DNA from: an uncultured Chloroflexia bacterium
GTDB lineage: Bacteria > Chloroflexota > Limnocylindria > Limnocylindrales > CSP1-4
Direction of reading: 5' to 3'
DNA length: 64,000 nt
Assembly: GCA_963707215.1 (NCBI GenBank)
Contig: CAVPPB010000001.1
Coordinates: forward strand, 64,001 to 128,000
The notes beneath the pieces were generated by a model. That model saw nothing but the letters and a program-made list of their open reading frames with translations, had not been told where the DNA came from and did no database searches. Made by a program: the position numbers and the translations under genes. Below are positions 45,403 to 55,043 of this stretch, piece after piece. The first letter of the stretch is position 1; the number at the start of each line of letters is the position of its first letter.

Positions 45403-45425
45403 CGTCTTACCCTGGAGGTGGCGGT

Positions 45426-45977
45426 ATCCGCAGGATCGGTCTCGTCGCGCTGGTGGTGCTCGCCTTGATGGCGTCCGCGACGATCGTCTCGGCCGACAAC
45501 GGCAAGGCGGTCCCCGGCTGGAACTCGAACTCCAGCAAGTACACGGCCATCTCGGTCGCCAACCCCAACGACCCGAGCGAGGTGTCGGCCACCCTGGTCC
45601 GCGAGCGAACCTCCGACGCGGTCCTCGACCAGCACATCACGGCCCTCAACAACTGTGACTGGGCCGGGCTGATGCAGCAGTACCCCGATCAGTACGAGCT
45701 GCGACTCCCCGGCGGGGTACTCGTCTCCGGTCGGGAGGAAGCGGCCGAGACGTTCGCCGGCTTCGTCAAGCCATACACCGAGGGCGGGCTCTGCGGGATC
45801 ATCTTCAGCGAGGTCTCCCGCGATGTCGTCGCCGGCACCCTGGCGGTGAGCTGGGTCGCCGATGCCCCCTTCCTGGCTGAGCCGTACTACGGCGCGGACG
45901 CCTACATCACCGACGACGGCCTGATGGTCTCGATGGTCAGCACCTTCGACGGCGCGGAGCTGGTCTTCGCTCCCTAG
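45426..45977 (+). CDS. Secreted NTF2/SnoaL-like protein (cargo F), apparent ATC start
   Basis: GGAGGT, 6 nt, then ATC-RRIGLVALVVLALMASATIVSA; VLDQHITALNNCDW..GRE..DAYITDDGLMV. Confidence 0.75.
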   Translation: MRRIGLVALVVLALMASATIVSADNGKAVPGWNSNSSKYTAISVANPNDPSEVSATLVRERTSDAVLDQHITALNNCDWAGLMQQYPDQYELRLPGGVLVSGREEAAETFAGFVKPYTEGGLCGIIFSEVSRDVVAGTLAVSWVADAPFLAEPYYGADAYITDDGLMVSMVSTFDGAELVFAP

Positions 45978-46159
45978 GCCGTCCTGGACGCGAAGAACGC
46001 CGGGGTGCCGCGCCCTCGGCCCTCGGCCTCAGCCAGCCCCTCCCAGGCCGCTACGGCCTCCTCGGCCGCCTCCGGGGGCATCCGGGCGACATCGCGCAAC
46101 CGGGCGACTTGGGCGGCCCGGGGGGCCTGGTGGATGCGCTCGGGATCGCGACGTCGCAT
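45974..46159 (-). CDS. Small conserved ORF family, copy S3 (61 aa, most complete)
   Basis: MRRRDPERIHQAPRAAQVARLRDVARMPPEAAEEAVAAWEGLAEAEGRGRGTPAFFASRTA. Confidence 0.65.
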   Translation of the reverse strand: MRRRDPERIHQAPRAAQVARLRDVARMPPEAAEEAVAAWEGLAEAEGRGRGTPAFFASRTA

Positions 46160-46264
46160 GGCGGCGCGGTCGGGCCCGGGGGTTGACCTGCCGCTTGACG
46201 CGAGGCGGACGATCCCATCAGCGGCGACCTGCCCCGGGCATCGACGATCGACGAGGACCCTTCG

Positions 46265-46660
46265 ATGGACGTGCGACGGATCGGCTTCGTGGGGACGCGG
46301 ACCGACCACTTCTCCGAGACCACCCGGTTCTTTCGCGACGTCCTCGGGCTGGCCACGTACTACGAGCGGCCCGACTTCGTGATGCTCGCGCTGCCCGGCG
46401 CCGAACACGATTTCGTGGAGATCATCGGTCCCGACGCAGAGGGCTCGGAGTTCCAGGCCGCCACCTACACGACGGGCCCGGTGGTCTCGTTCGAGGTCAG
46501 CGACCTGGTCGCCGCCCGGGACGAGCTCGAGGCGGCGGGCGTCGAGTTGCTCGACGACATCACCTGGTCGCGCAGCATCGCCGGCTTCGGCTGGTTCCAC
46601 TTCCGGGGACCGGACGGCAACGTCTACGGGATGCAGGGCTCCCGGGCCAGCGGCGGCTGA
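46265..46660 (+). CDS. VOC/glyoxalase family protein
   Basis: RFFRDVLGL, SFEVSDL..LEAAGV, FRGPDGNVY. Confidence 0.9.
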   Translation: MDVRRIGFVGTRTDHFSETTRFFRDVLGLATYYERPDFVMLALPGAEHDFVEIIGPDAEGSEFQAATYTTGPVVSFEVSDLVAARDELEAAGVELLDDITWSRSIAGFGWFHFRGPDGNVYGMQGSRASGG

Positions 46661-46786
46661 GGCCCGCTTGTACCTGGGCGAGCAGGGACTGGGTCGGGGG
46701 CGACCGGCCGCTTCGCCGGGGCGGGGCGCTGATCCGCCCGCCTGATCCACGGTCCGCAGCCGGCCAGCCCGGACATCAGCGCGCGA

Positions 46787-47266
46787 CTAGCGAGCCAGGC
46801 GGACCCTCGGACCGTCGGTCCCGGCTCGCCAGGACTCGACGACGTGGGCGTCCCGGGTCTCGTTGAGGCGCACCAGCGAGGCGTCCTCGAGCTCGATCCG
46901 GAAGAGTGCGAGGCCGCCCGGACCCAGGTCATGCGGGATCCGTGCCACGAATTCGTCGAGCGCAGGGCCCCCGGTGACCTCGACGGCCCGACCGTGCAGC
47001 TTCGCCTCCCCGTCGGTCGCGGCGGCCTCCGCCCCGGCGCTGTGGAGTGACATCCGGGGATCCCGCCGAAGGTCCGCAGCCTTCATCGACTCCGGCATCC
47101 CCAGCCAGAGCTCGCCGTCGGCGAACGTCGGGACCACGCCGCTGATCCGCGGGAACCCGTCGGCCCGAAGCGAACCCAGCAGCGCATGGCTGCCCGACTC
47201 CAGGCGCGCCCTCACAGCCGCCGCCAGGTCCGGAGCGGAACGTTCGAAGCCTGCCCACGACATCAC
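46787..47266 (-). CDS. Pyridoxamine 5'-phosphate oxidase family protein
   Basis: LGSLRADGFPRISG, SMKAADLRRDPRMSLH. Confidence 0.88.
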   Translation of the reverse strand: MMSWAGFERSAPDLAAAVRARLESGSHALLGSLRADGFPRISGVVPTFADGELWLGMPESMKAADLRRDPRMSLHSAGAEAAATDGEAKLHGRAVEVTGGPALDEFVARIPHDLGPGGLALFRIELEDASLVRLNETRDAHVVESWRAGTDGPRVRLAR

Positions 47267-47435
47267 GACCGAGTCTACCGCCCGGCCGGAGCGTCAGCTC
47301 CAGATGGCATGTCCCACGCGGCCGCCTCGCTCCGGCGTCGGTCGCTCGTGGAGCGACGGGCCTTTGTGACAGAAGTCCCTAGGCGACCCTCCCTGCGACC
47401 CGGAGCATCGCGACAACCGTAGCCGGAGGGACTTG

Positions 47436-48869
47436 ATGACCGAGACCGTGATCGGACCTGTGGGCGGGGGAATCGACTCGGAGGCCGCCCTGGTGGACGG
47501 ATCACGGATCGCGGTGATCGGCGGTGGGCCGGCGGGATCGCTGTTCACCTACTTCCTGCTCGACATGGCCGAGCGGGTCGACACCCGCCTCGACGTCGAC
47601 ATCTACGAGCCGCGCGTCTTCTCCAAGGCCGGAGCGGTCGGCTGCAACATGTGCGGCGGGATCATCTCCGAGTCGCTCGTCCAGAACCTCGCGGTCGACG
47701 GTGTCTGGCTCTCCACCGACGTGGTCCAGCGCGGCATCGACTCCTACGTGCTCCACACGGACGTCGGCAGCGTCCGGATCGCGACCCCCAACGACGAGAT
47801 GCGGATCGGGGCCGTCCATCGCGGCGGCGGACCGCGGGACGTCACCGAGACCAAGTGGGAGTCGTTCGACCAGCACCTGATCGACAGCGCGATCGAGCGC
47901 GGCGCGAAGTTCATCAACGCCCGCGTCGAGGACGTCGGCCGCGCCGACGGTCGGCCGACGATCCAGGTCAAGGGAGGCGAGCCCGTCCCGTACGACCTCG
48001 TCGTCGTCGCGACCGGCGTCAACACCTCGATCCTCAAGATGTTCGAGAGCATCGGGATCGGCTACGAGCGGCCCAAGCTCACCAAGACGCTCATCCGCGA
48101 GTACTACCTGGGCACCGACGTGATCAACGAGGCGATCGGCACCTCGATGCACGTGTTCCTGCTCAACATCCCGCGCCTCGAGTTCGCCGCCCTGATCCCG
48201 AAGGGCGACTACGTGACCATGTGCCTGCTGGGCGAGGACATCGACAACGATCTCGCGGACGCCTTCGCGGCAGCGCCCGAGGTCCGGGCGGTCATGCCCG
48301 AGGGCTGGGACTCGGAGGCCAAGAGCTGTCAGTGCCTGCCGCACATCAACATCCACGGGGTGGAGAAGCCGTACGCCGACCGGGTGGTCTTCATCGGCGA
48401 CAGCGGCATCACCCGCCTGTACAAGGACGGCATCGGCGCGGCCTACCGGACCGCCAAGGCAGCCGCCCGGACGGCCCTCTTCGAGGGCGTCTCGGAGCGG
48501 GCGTTCCGGGAGCACTACATGCCGGTCTGCCAGTCCATCCGCGGCGACAACCGGATCGGTGAGTACGCCTTCGTCCTGACCCGCGTGGCCCAGCGCCTCC
48601 GGATCATGCGTCGCGCGATCATCGCCATCGCCCGCGACGAGCAGACGACCGGCCGTCGGCCGCGGCTCAGCGGGATCCTTTGGGACATCTTCTCCGGCAG
48701 CGCGCCGTACAGCGACATCTTCCGGCGGATGTTCGACCCGATGCTCGCCGTTCGTGGCGTCGTCGCGATGCCGGGGGTCCTCGTGTCGACCGTGCGCGGC
48801 TCGAGCGCGGCGCCCCCGGCGACCGCGCCGCCACCAGCAGGACCTGGATCCCAGGAGGTGGGCTCATGA
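47436..48869 (+). CDS. FAD/NAD(P)-dependent oxidoreductase (geranylgeranyl reductase-like)
   Basis: VIGGGPAG, CNMCGG, VVATG, IGDSG..LYKDGIGAA; RBS GGAGG. Confidence 0.85.
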   Translation: MTETVIGPVGGGIDSEAALVDGSRIAVIGGGPAGSLFTYFLLDMAERVDTRLDVDIYEPRVFSKAGAVGCNMCGGIISESLVQNLAVDGVWLSTDVVQRGIDSYVLHTDVGSVRIATPNDEMRIGAVHRGGGPRDVTETKWESFDQHLIDSAIERGAKFINARVEDVGRADGRPTIQVKGGEPVPYDLVVVATGVNTSILKMFESIGIGYERPKLTKTLIREYYLGTDVINEAIGTSMHVFLLNIPRLEFAALIPKGDYVTMCLLGEDIDNDLADAFAAAPEVRAVMPEGWDSEAKSCQCLPHINIHGVEKPYADRVVFIGDSGITRLYKDGIGAAYRTAKAAARTALFEGVSERAFREHYMPVCQSIRGDNRIGEYAFVLTRVAQRLRIMRRAIIAIARDEQTTGRRPRLSGILWDIFSGSAPYSDIFRRMFDPMLAVRGVVAMPGVLVSTVRGSSAAPPATAPPPAGPGSQEVGS

Positions 48870-49273
48870 GCGAGGCGGCCCTCGGACGCTTCTACGAGGA
48901 CGGCGAGGTCATCGTCCGGCAGGGCGATGTGGGCGAGTGCATGTTCGTCATCCAGGACGGCGAGGTCGAGATCGTCCGCGAGGAGGACGGGCACGAGATC
49001 CACGTCGGATCGGCCGGCCGCAACGAGGTCCTCGGCGAGATGGCGATCTTCGACCGCCAGCCCAGGTCGGCGACGATCAAGGCCAAGGGCCGTGCCCGGG
49101 TGCTCACCCTCGACAAGCGGAACTTCCTGCGGCGGATCAACGAGGATCCGTCCCTCGCCTTCCGGATGGTCGAGACGATGTCGCACCGCGTCCGGGAGCT
49201 GAACGACCAGGTCGTCGCGCTGCAGGCCCAGCTCGACCAGGGCGACGGGCAACGTGGGCCGGGCGAGGCCTGA
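48866..49273 (+). CDS. Stand-alone cyclic nucleotide-binding domain protein
   Basis: GEVIVRQGDVGECMFVIQDGEV, GEMAIFDRQPRSAT; ATGA overlap; no HTH. Confidence 0.9.
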   Translation: MSEAALGRFYEDGEVIVRQGDVGECMFVIQDGEVEIVREEDGHEIHVGSAGRNEVLGEMAIFDRQPRSATIKAKGRARVLTLDKRNFLRRINEDPSLAFRMVETMSHRVRELNDQVVALQAQLDQGDGQRGPGEA

Positions 49274-49303
49274 CCGGCGGAGCGCGCCGACGAGCCTGGC
49301 TGC

Positions 49304-50176
49304 CTAGTAGGTGCCGTAGCCCGAGATCGCCAGCGAGCGCGGTGGCTCGACGCTGTCCGACAGGAGCAGCAGGCCCGGCGGAGCGGTCAGCCGCAGCCCC
49401 GAGTCGATCGCCACCCGGACGAGCGACCGGGAGGACCCCGGGATCATGAGTGTCGCCGATGGCCCGCGGCCGAGCTCGGCCCGGAGCGCTGCCGCGGCAC
49501 CGACCTCGTCGAGCCCGCCGAGCGGCCCGATCTTGCCGCTCGGCCAGCGGTACGAGTAGGCGACGGGTTCGCCGTCGCGTCGCCACAGCGTGGGGGCCGC
49601 CTGGGTCGCCCAGTACTCGTGGTCGACCGCGCGGTCGAAGCCGTAGACAGCTTGGTCGAGTCGTGCGAGCGCCGCCGAGTCCGGCTCCCCCGCAACCAGC
49701 CTCGGCGGCCCGTCGACCGCCGCCGTTCCCCCGAAGCCCAGGATCGGCGTGATCGGTAGCATCCCGTGCTTCGTGTACAGGGCATTCGATATCGGCTGGA
49801 TCGCGTCGCTGATCGTCATCCGCTGGCGCGGCGCCCCGGCCATCGCGAGCCCGATCAGCCGACGACCGACGCCCTGCCCCTGGAAGGCGGGGTCGATGAA
49901 CAGCCCGGCCAGGAACCAGGCATCGCCGCGGACCCAGGCCGCCGAGTAGCCCACGACCCGACCCTCGGACTCGGCCACGAAGCAGCGGTCAGCGTCGTTC
50001 CGCAGGAAGTGACGGAAGCCCGGCGCCAGTGCGTCGACCGGGGGCGGCGTCGCCCATCCGAAGCCGTGCCGGTCGAGCAGCTCGCCCTCCGCGGCGAGGA
50101 AGGCAGCGTGCTGGCCGCCGATGTCGCCGTCGGTGGCTGCCCGGTACGAGACACCTGATGCGGTCGAAGCGCTCAT
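49304..50176 (-). CDS. GNAT acetyltransferase
   Basis: LFIDPAFQGQGVGRRL, ALYTKHG, GKIGPL. Confidence 0.85.
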   Translation of the reverse strand: MSASTASGVSYRAATDGDIGGQHAAFLAAEGELLDRHGFGWATPPPVDALAPGFRHFLRNDADRCFVAESEGRVVGYSAAWVRGDAWFLAGLFIDPAFQGQGVGRRLIGLAMAGAPRQRMTISDAIQPISNALYTKHGMLPITPILGFGGTAAVDGPPRLVAGEPDSAALARLDQAVYGFDRAVDHEYWATQAAPTLWRRDGEPVAYSYRWPSGKIGPLGGLDEVGAAAALRAELGRGPSATLMIPGSSRSLVRVAIDSGLRLTAPPGLLLLSDSVEPPRSLAISGYGTY

Positions 50177-50363
50177 CGGGAACCCCTCCATCGATCCGGC
50201 GAGGTGAAGCGTACGGCAGCCACCCACCGGCAGGCGGCCGCCGACCGCCGAGACCGGCGTCCCGGGGGAGGCGCGGAGGTCGACCCGTCCGTGCGTGGAC
50301 GGGTCGACGTGTCGTCTCGGACGGTGCCAGGGCCTCGGCGAGCGACGCCTCGGCTTGCCGGCC

Positions 50364-50885
50364 CTAGAAGCCGAGCGACGGCTTCATGACCATGAGCAGG
50401 ACCATGGCGACCGACAAGGCCATGAGGACCAGGCCGTTGCGGCGACTCCGACCGATGTCGGCCAGGAGCTCGGGCGGCGGGCCGCCGGCCGCACCGGGCC
50501 CGGGCGAGGCCAGAGCCGGGATCGGGGCGCCACTTGGAACCTCGCTCAGCCGGATGATGCGAAGGGTCGTCGGCCTCTGGACGAGCCAGGCGATCGCGGT
50601 GGCACCGACATAGAGGACGATCGACAGCAGCAGCCAGCGGTAGGCGGGCTCGAAGACCGGCACGTTCCGCGACCAGATGAGGAGCACGCCGGTCACGCCG
50701 ACGACGACGATCGACGGCTCGACCATGCGGTCGCTGATGGCGTGGGTCAGCCGGGTGGCGAAGTTCGCGAAGCGCGGCTCGCGGCCGCCCATCATCCCGA
50801 TGAGCGGGAAGGCGAATGCGGGCCCCAGCGCCACGATGGAGAACATCGTGTGCAGGAAGAGCAGGAACGGGAACAGCTCGGACAT
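50364..50885 (-). CDS. DUF2269-like membrane protein
   Basis: LFLHTM..ALGP, GVTGVLL, LLMVMKP C-terminus; GGAGG RBS. Confidence 0.8.
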   Translation of the reverse strand: MSELFPFLLFLHTMFSIVALGPAFAFPLIGMMGGREPRFANFATRLTHAISDRMVEPSIVVVGVTGVLLIWSRNVPVFEPAYRWLLLSIVLYVGATAIAWLVQRPTTLRIIRLSEVPSGAPIPALASPGPGAAGGPPPELLADIGRSRRNGLVLMALSVAMVLLMVMKPSLGF

Positions 50886-51159
50886 CCTTGACCCTCCGTG
50901 TTTGGTGGTGGGACCCACGGTGTGCCGGGTCGCGTCGCGGGACCATCGCTTCGGGACGAGGACCGGGCGGGACGGATGACGTAGCCGATCGAGGCAAGCA
51001 CGTTCCTGACCTCGGGCCCTAGACCCGCCCCGGACCAGGGAGGCACCCTGAGCCGGACGGGGCCCGGTCGCGCCGCTTCCTCTGTGGCTCCCGTCGCGTC
51101 GAGCCGAGCCGCCGGCGGCCCGCGACGCGCCGGCGTCGCGTCCCGGGAAGGACCGTGCC

Positions 51160-51864
51160 GTGCTCCGCATCATCGTCGTCCTCGCGGGCCTGCTGCTGCT
51201 GGGGGCGACCGTCGCCGGCGCCGTGCTCGCCGCCTCCAAGCCCACCCGGAAGCGTCTCTTCTTCTCGATCGCCGTGCCCCGCGGGCGGGTCGGGCGCCTC
51301 GTCGCCAGGACCATCCCGAACTTCCATCGACCCGTCTACCCGCTGGTGGCCGACGTGCTGGAGCTCGAGCCCGAGGACGACCTCCTCGAGGTCGCCTGTG
51401 GATCCGGTGAGTTCCTTGCCGAGCACGCCGAGCACGTCGGCCGGATCACCGGCCTCGACCTGTCGCCCGTCGAGGTCAGCCTGGCTCGCGAGCTGCACGC
51501 GGCCCGGATCGAGGCCGGGACGGCCGAGATCCTCGAGGGGGATGCGGCCGCGCTGCCGTGGGAGGATGGCCGCTTCAGCGCCGTCACCTGCATGGGCAGC
51601 CTCGAATTCTTCGAGCAGCCCCAGGGGGCGATCCGCGAGATGCTGCGGGTCCTCCGGCCCGGCGGCCGGGCCGTCCTGACGATCGGTTGGCGGAGCGACG
51701 ATCAGAAGGAGTCGGGCGCGACGGACGCCCTTGGGCTCTGGAGCTGGACCGAGGCTGACGTGCGCCGGATGATGGCCGAGGCGGGGTTCAGCGACGTCAG
51801 CGTGACCTACGGGCCGTGGGGCGGCCAGGAGGCGCGGTTGGTCCGCGGCGTCAAGGCAGTCTAG
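51160..51864 (+). CDS. Class I SAM-dependent methyltransferase with N-terminal TM
   Basis: LLEVACGSG, GLDLS, GDAAALPW, EMLRVLRPGGR. Confidence 0.9.
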   Translation: MLRIIVVLAGLLLLGATVAGAVLAASKPTRKRLFFSIAVPRGRVGRLVARTIPNFHRPVYPLVADVLELEPEDDLLEVACGSGEFLAEHAEHVGRITGLDLSPVEVSLARELHAARIEAGTAEILEGDAAALPWEDGRFSAVTCMGSLEFFEQPQGAIREMLRVLRPGGRAVLTIGWRSDDQKESGATDALGLWSWTEADVRRMMAEAGFSDVSVTYGPWGGQEARLVRGVKAV

Positions 51865-51942
51865 GGAGAGTCGGTCGCTCGCGGCAGACATGCGACGGCC
51901 CGCCGCTCGCGCGACGGGCCGTCGTTCCGGGGGCGGAGGTGG

Positions 51943-54063
51943 CTAGCCGGTGACCCTCCGCGCGCTGGCTGACATCGGCGTCATCTCCGGTGGCTGGCCC
52001 GGCTGCACGGGACCGATCCGGAACGGCCGCATCATCTCGTTGTCCTCGTGCTCGACGATGTGGCAGTGCCAGACGTACTGGCCGGGCACCATGAACCGGG
52101 CCCGCACCCGGGTGACCTGTCCGGGATACGCGATGACCGTGTCCTTGAAGCCGGTCTCCCATGGCTCGGGCGGGGTGACCAGGCCATCGAGCTGGATCGG
52201 CTCCACCACCTCGTCGTCCTCGTCGAGGACGAGGCCCTCCCGATCCACGACTTCGAAGACGACCTCGTGGACGTGCATCGGGTGGGCATCGCCGGTCGTG
52301 TTGTAGAACTCCCAGACCTCGGTGGCACCGACAGCCGGGTTCTCGGTGACGGGCTCCATCCACAGGCGCTCCGTGGCCTCGCCGGAGTCGACGGTCCCGA
52401 GGAGCGCTTCGACCGGGCCCTCGAGCTCGTTGCCGTTGGCGTCGTATCCCATCCCCATCTTCTCGATGAGGGCGAGGGGGCGCGTGACGGTCTCCGGGGG
52501 CAGCGGCACGATGGCCGGCAGCTGGAGGAACTGCGGCGGGGTCGAGTCATCCACGAGATCGAGCGAGGGGACGACCCGGAACTGCATGACCTGCCCGCTC
52601 GACCCCGGATCTGCTGGATCGAAGTCGACACCGGGGACGCCGCCGCCGAACGGCTCGTCGGGTCCCACGTTGCCGAGCACGTAGTTCCCGAGCGGGACGT
52701 TCGTGAAGTCGACGATGACGTCGGCCCGCTCGGCCAGTCCCATGAGGAGCCGATTGCCGTGATCGGCCGTGATGTTGACCGGGGCGGCGAGGAAGCCGCC
52801 CTCGTTCCCGATCTGCCAGACCTCGACGCCGGGGACCTGGTTGAAGTCGAGGATCAGGAAGCGTGACTGGCATCCGTTGAGGAAGCGGAACCGGTAGCGG
52901 CGCTGCTCGACCGTCTGGTACGGCCAGGTGTTGCCGTTGGCGATGATCATGTTGCCGAAGAACTCGGGGTTCCAGATCGGCGAGAACTCCCCGTCCGGGA
53001 TGTACGGGCTGGCGATCCCGTCGAAGAACTCGCGGGTGTCCGGGTAGAAGAGCGAGCCGTCCGCGTTGAACGAGCGGTCCTGGATGGCGATCGCGATCTC
53101 TCGGTACGGCTTGTTGGATGGGAACTTGTCATTCGCGCTCGGCGCCGGGCCCGGCAGGCTCGCCGGCTTCCCGGTCCGGCTGTCGAGGCAGACATCGTCA
53201 GGCCCGCCGCGGATGAGGTAGAAGCCGGCCGGACCGGCGTAGACGTTGAGCCGGGTCATCCCGAGGGTGTGGTCGTGGTACCAGATCGTAGACGCACGGT
53301 TGTCGTTCGGGTACATGAAGGTGGCGGAGCCGGGACCCCAGGCCTCGCCGTAGCTCGCCAGTGCCTTGTCCCTGAAGAAGTCGTACCAGGTGCCCTCGGT
53401 CGCGTAGCCGCCCGGGATGTCGTCGGCATCGGGCAGGTACCACGCCTCGGCGTAGCCGTCGCTTTCGTCGCCCACGCCGACGGCGCCGTGGACATGGGTG
53501 ACCATCGGGACCGGCCCCATGTAGGCGCCCGGTGTCGGCATGCCTGTGTAGTCGGGGCGCGTATCGCGGCCGGCCGTGCCGCCCGGCGGGTTCGCCCAAT
53601 GGAGCGTCGGATCGACCGGCAGCAGGTGCGAGCGGTACGTCCCGTCGGTGTTCTTGAGATCGTTGATCCACTTGACGACGACCGGGCGCTGCCACATCGC
53701 CTCGATCGTCAAGGACGGCGCATTGTGGATGAGCAGGCCGCGCTTGCTCCTCGATGCCACCGCTCCGTATCCCCAGACCGGCGTCGGAGCGAAGCCGAGC
53801 GGCAGGATCTGCTGCGGGAACTGCCTGACCGAGATCTCGTAGTAGTCGGCGTTCTTGCCGCCGGGCATCTTCTTCGTCCCCGCCGTCGGCATGACCGGCG
53901 GGATAAGCATCGGCGTCTGGTACTTGGGGACGGAGTTCGGGTCGAGCGTCCCGCCGGGGATCTGGGCGAGCGCGACCTTCACGCCCCCGACGTACTGGTA
54001 CAGGATCAGGCCGGTGCCCGCCGCGGCGGAGCCTACGAGGAACTGGCGCCTGGAAAGTGGCAT
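51943..54063 (-). CDS. Tat-exported multicopper oxidase (CotA/bilirubin oxidase-like)
   Basis: SRRQFL, THVHG, WYHDH, HPMHVH, WHCHIVEHEDNEMM. Confidence 0.95.
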   Translation of the reverse strand: MPLSRRQFLVGSAAAGTGLILYQYVGGVKVALAQIPGGTLDPNSVPKYQTPMLIPPVMPTAGTKKMPGGKNADYYEISVRQFPQQILPLGFAPTPVWGYGAVASRSKRGLLIHNAPSLTIEAMWQRPVVVKWINDLKNTDGTYRSHLLPVDPTLHWANPPGGTAGRDTRPDYTGMPTPGAYMGPVPMVTHVHGAVGVGDESDGYAEAWYLPDADDIPGGYATEGTWYDFFRDKALASYGEAWGPGSATFMYPNDNRASTIWYHDHTLGMTRLNVYAGPAGFYLIRGGPDDVCLDSRTGKPASLPGPAPSANDKFPSNKPYREIAIAIQDRSFNADGSLFYPDTREFFDGIASPYIPDGEFSPIWNPEFFGNMIIANGNTWPYQTVEQRRYRFRFLNGCQSRFLILDFNQVPGVEVWQIGNEGGFLAAPVNITADHGNRLLMGLAERADVIVDFTNVPLGNYVLGNVGPDEPFGGGVPGVDFDPADPGSSGQVMQFRVVPSLDLVDDSTPPQFLQLPAIVPLPPETVTRPLALIEKMGMGYDANGNELEGPVEALLGTVDSGEATERLWMEPVTENPAVGATEVWEFYNTTGDAHPMHVHEVVFEVVDREGLVLDEDDEVVEPIQLDGLVTPPEPWETGFKDTVIAYPGQVTRVRARFMVPGQYVWHCHIVEHEDNEMMRPFRIGPVQPGQPPEMTPMSASARRVTG

Positions 54064-54389
54064 CTGGGGGGCCTCCCTCCCCTATCGACCCCGGTCTCGG
54101 CACTGGGGCGCTGCGAGACGGGTCGGGGGCCGGAGGCGCGCGAGACGCTGGGGGCGTCGGGCAGGCCGTGGGCACGACCGGTCTCTGGACTCGACCACCC
54201 TCCCCCGGGCGGGCTTCCCGCGACGGTAGGCCGGACGTTGTGGCGAGGCACCGTCTATGGGTCCCGACCGCGGGGGCCGGAAGTCATGCCCGGCTGGGGA
54301 TGTGCGCATCCATGCGGCCATCGGGTGGGACGATGTCCGCCGGGCGACCGGGGTAGCATGAGGGGCCCGAACACCCGATAGGAGATCCC

Positions 54390-54983
54390 ATGTTCCGACG
54401 GCTCTTCGGCGACGACCCGACCGCATCGGGATCCTCGGCGCCGTCCGGCGGCGACGCCGCCGCGCCCGCCGGCTCGGCCGCCGAGACCGCCACGGTCCGC
54501 CAGATCGTCGGCCGACTCGAATCCCTGCCGCCCGACCGGGCCCGCTACATCGCCTGTGCCGCCTACGTCGTGACCCGGGCGGCCAACGCGGACATGCTCA
54601 TCGCACCCGAAGAGACCGCGTTCCTGGAGAAGGCCCTCCAGGACTATGCCGGGCTCGACGAGGCCCAGTCGGTCCTGGTGATCGAGATGGCGAAGCTCCA
54701 GGCGATGACCGTCGGCGGGACCGAGGACTACCTGGTGACCCGCGAGTTCCGCAAGGTCTCGACGCTCGAGCAGCGCCGCAACGTCCTGCGGGCCTGCCTG
54801 GTGGTTGCCGCGGCCGACGACACGATCACGGCGGAGGAGAGCGCGGTCGTCAACCAGATCGCCAGCGAGCTCGACATCGACCAGCCGGAGCTGTCGGCCA
54901 TGCGGGCCGAGTTCACCGACAAGTTCGCTGCCATCCAGGCCGCCCATCGGGCCGTCAAGGAGCATCGGCTGCCCGAGGGCTGA
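54390..54983 (+). CDS. TerB-family protein
   Basis: RAANADMLIAPEE, VAAADDTITAEE..QIASEL; AGGAG RBS. Confidence 0.85.
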   Translation: MFRRLFGDDPTASGSSAPSGGDAAAPAGSAAETATVRQIVGRLESLPPDRARYIACAAYVVTRAANADMLIAPEETAFLEKALQDYAGLDEAQSVLVIEMAKLQAMTVGGTEDYLVTREFRKVSTLEQRRNVLRACLVVAAADDTITAEESAVVNQIASELDIDQPELSAMRAEFTDKFAAIQAAHRAVKEHRLPEG

Positions 54984-55043
54984 TCCCACCCCGGCCGACC
55001 GGCGAGGGCCGCAACGCAGCCGCCCGTCCGGCGTCTCCTTGCC

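Noticed and set aside
54390-54983. TerB as part of a ter/anti-phage defence island
   Set aside because: Solitary terB with no other ter or defence genes nearby
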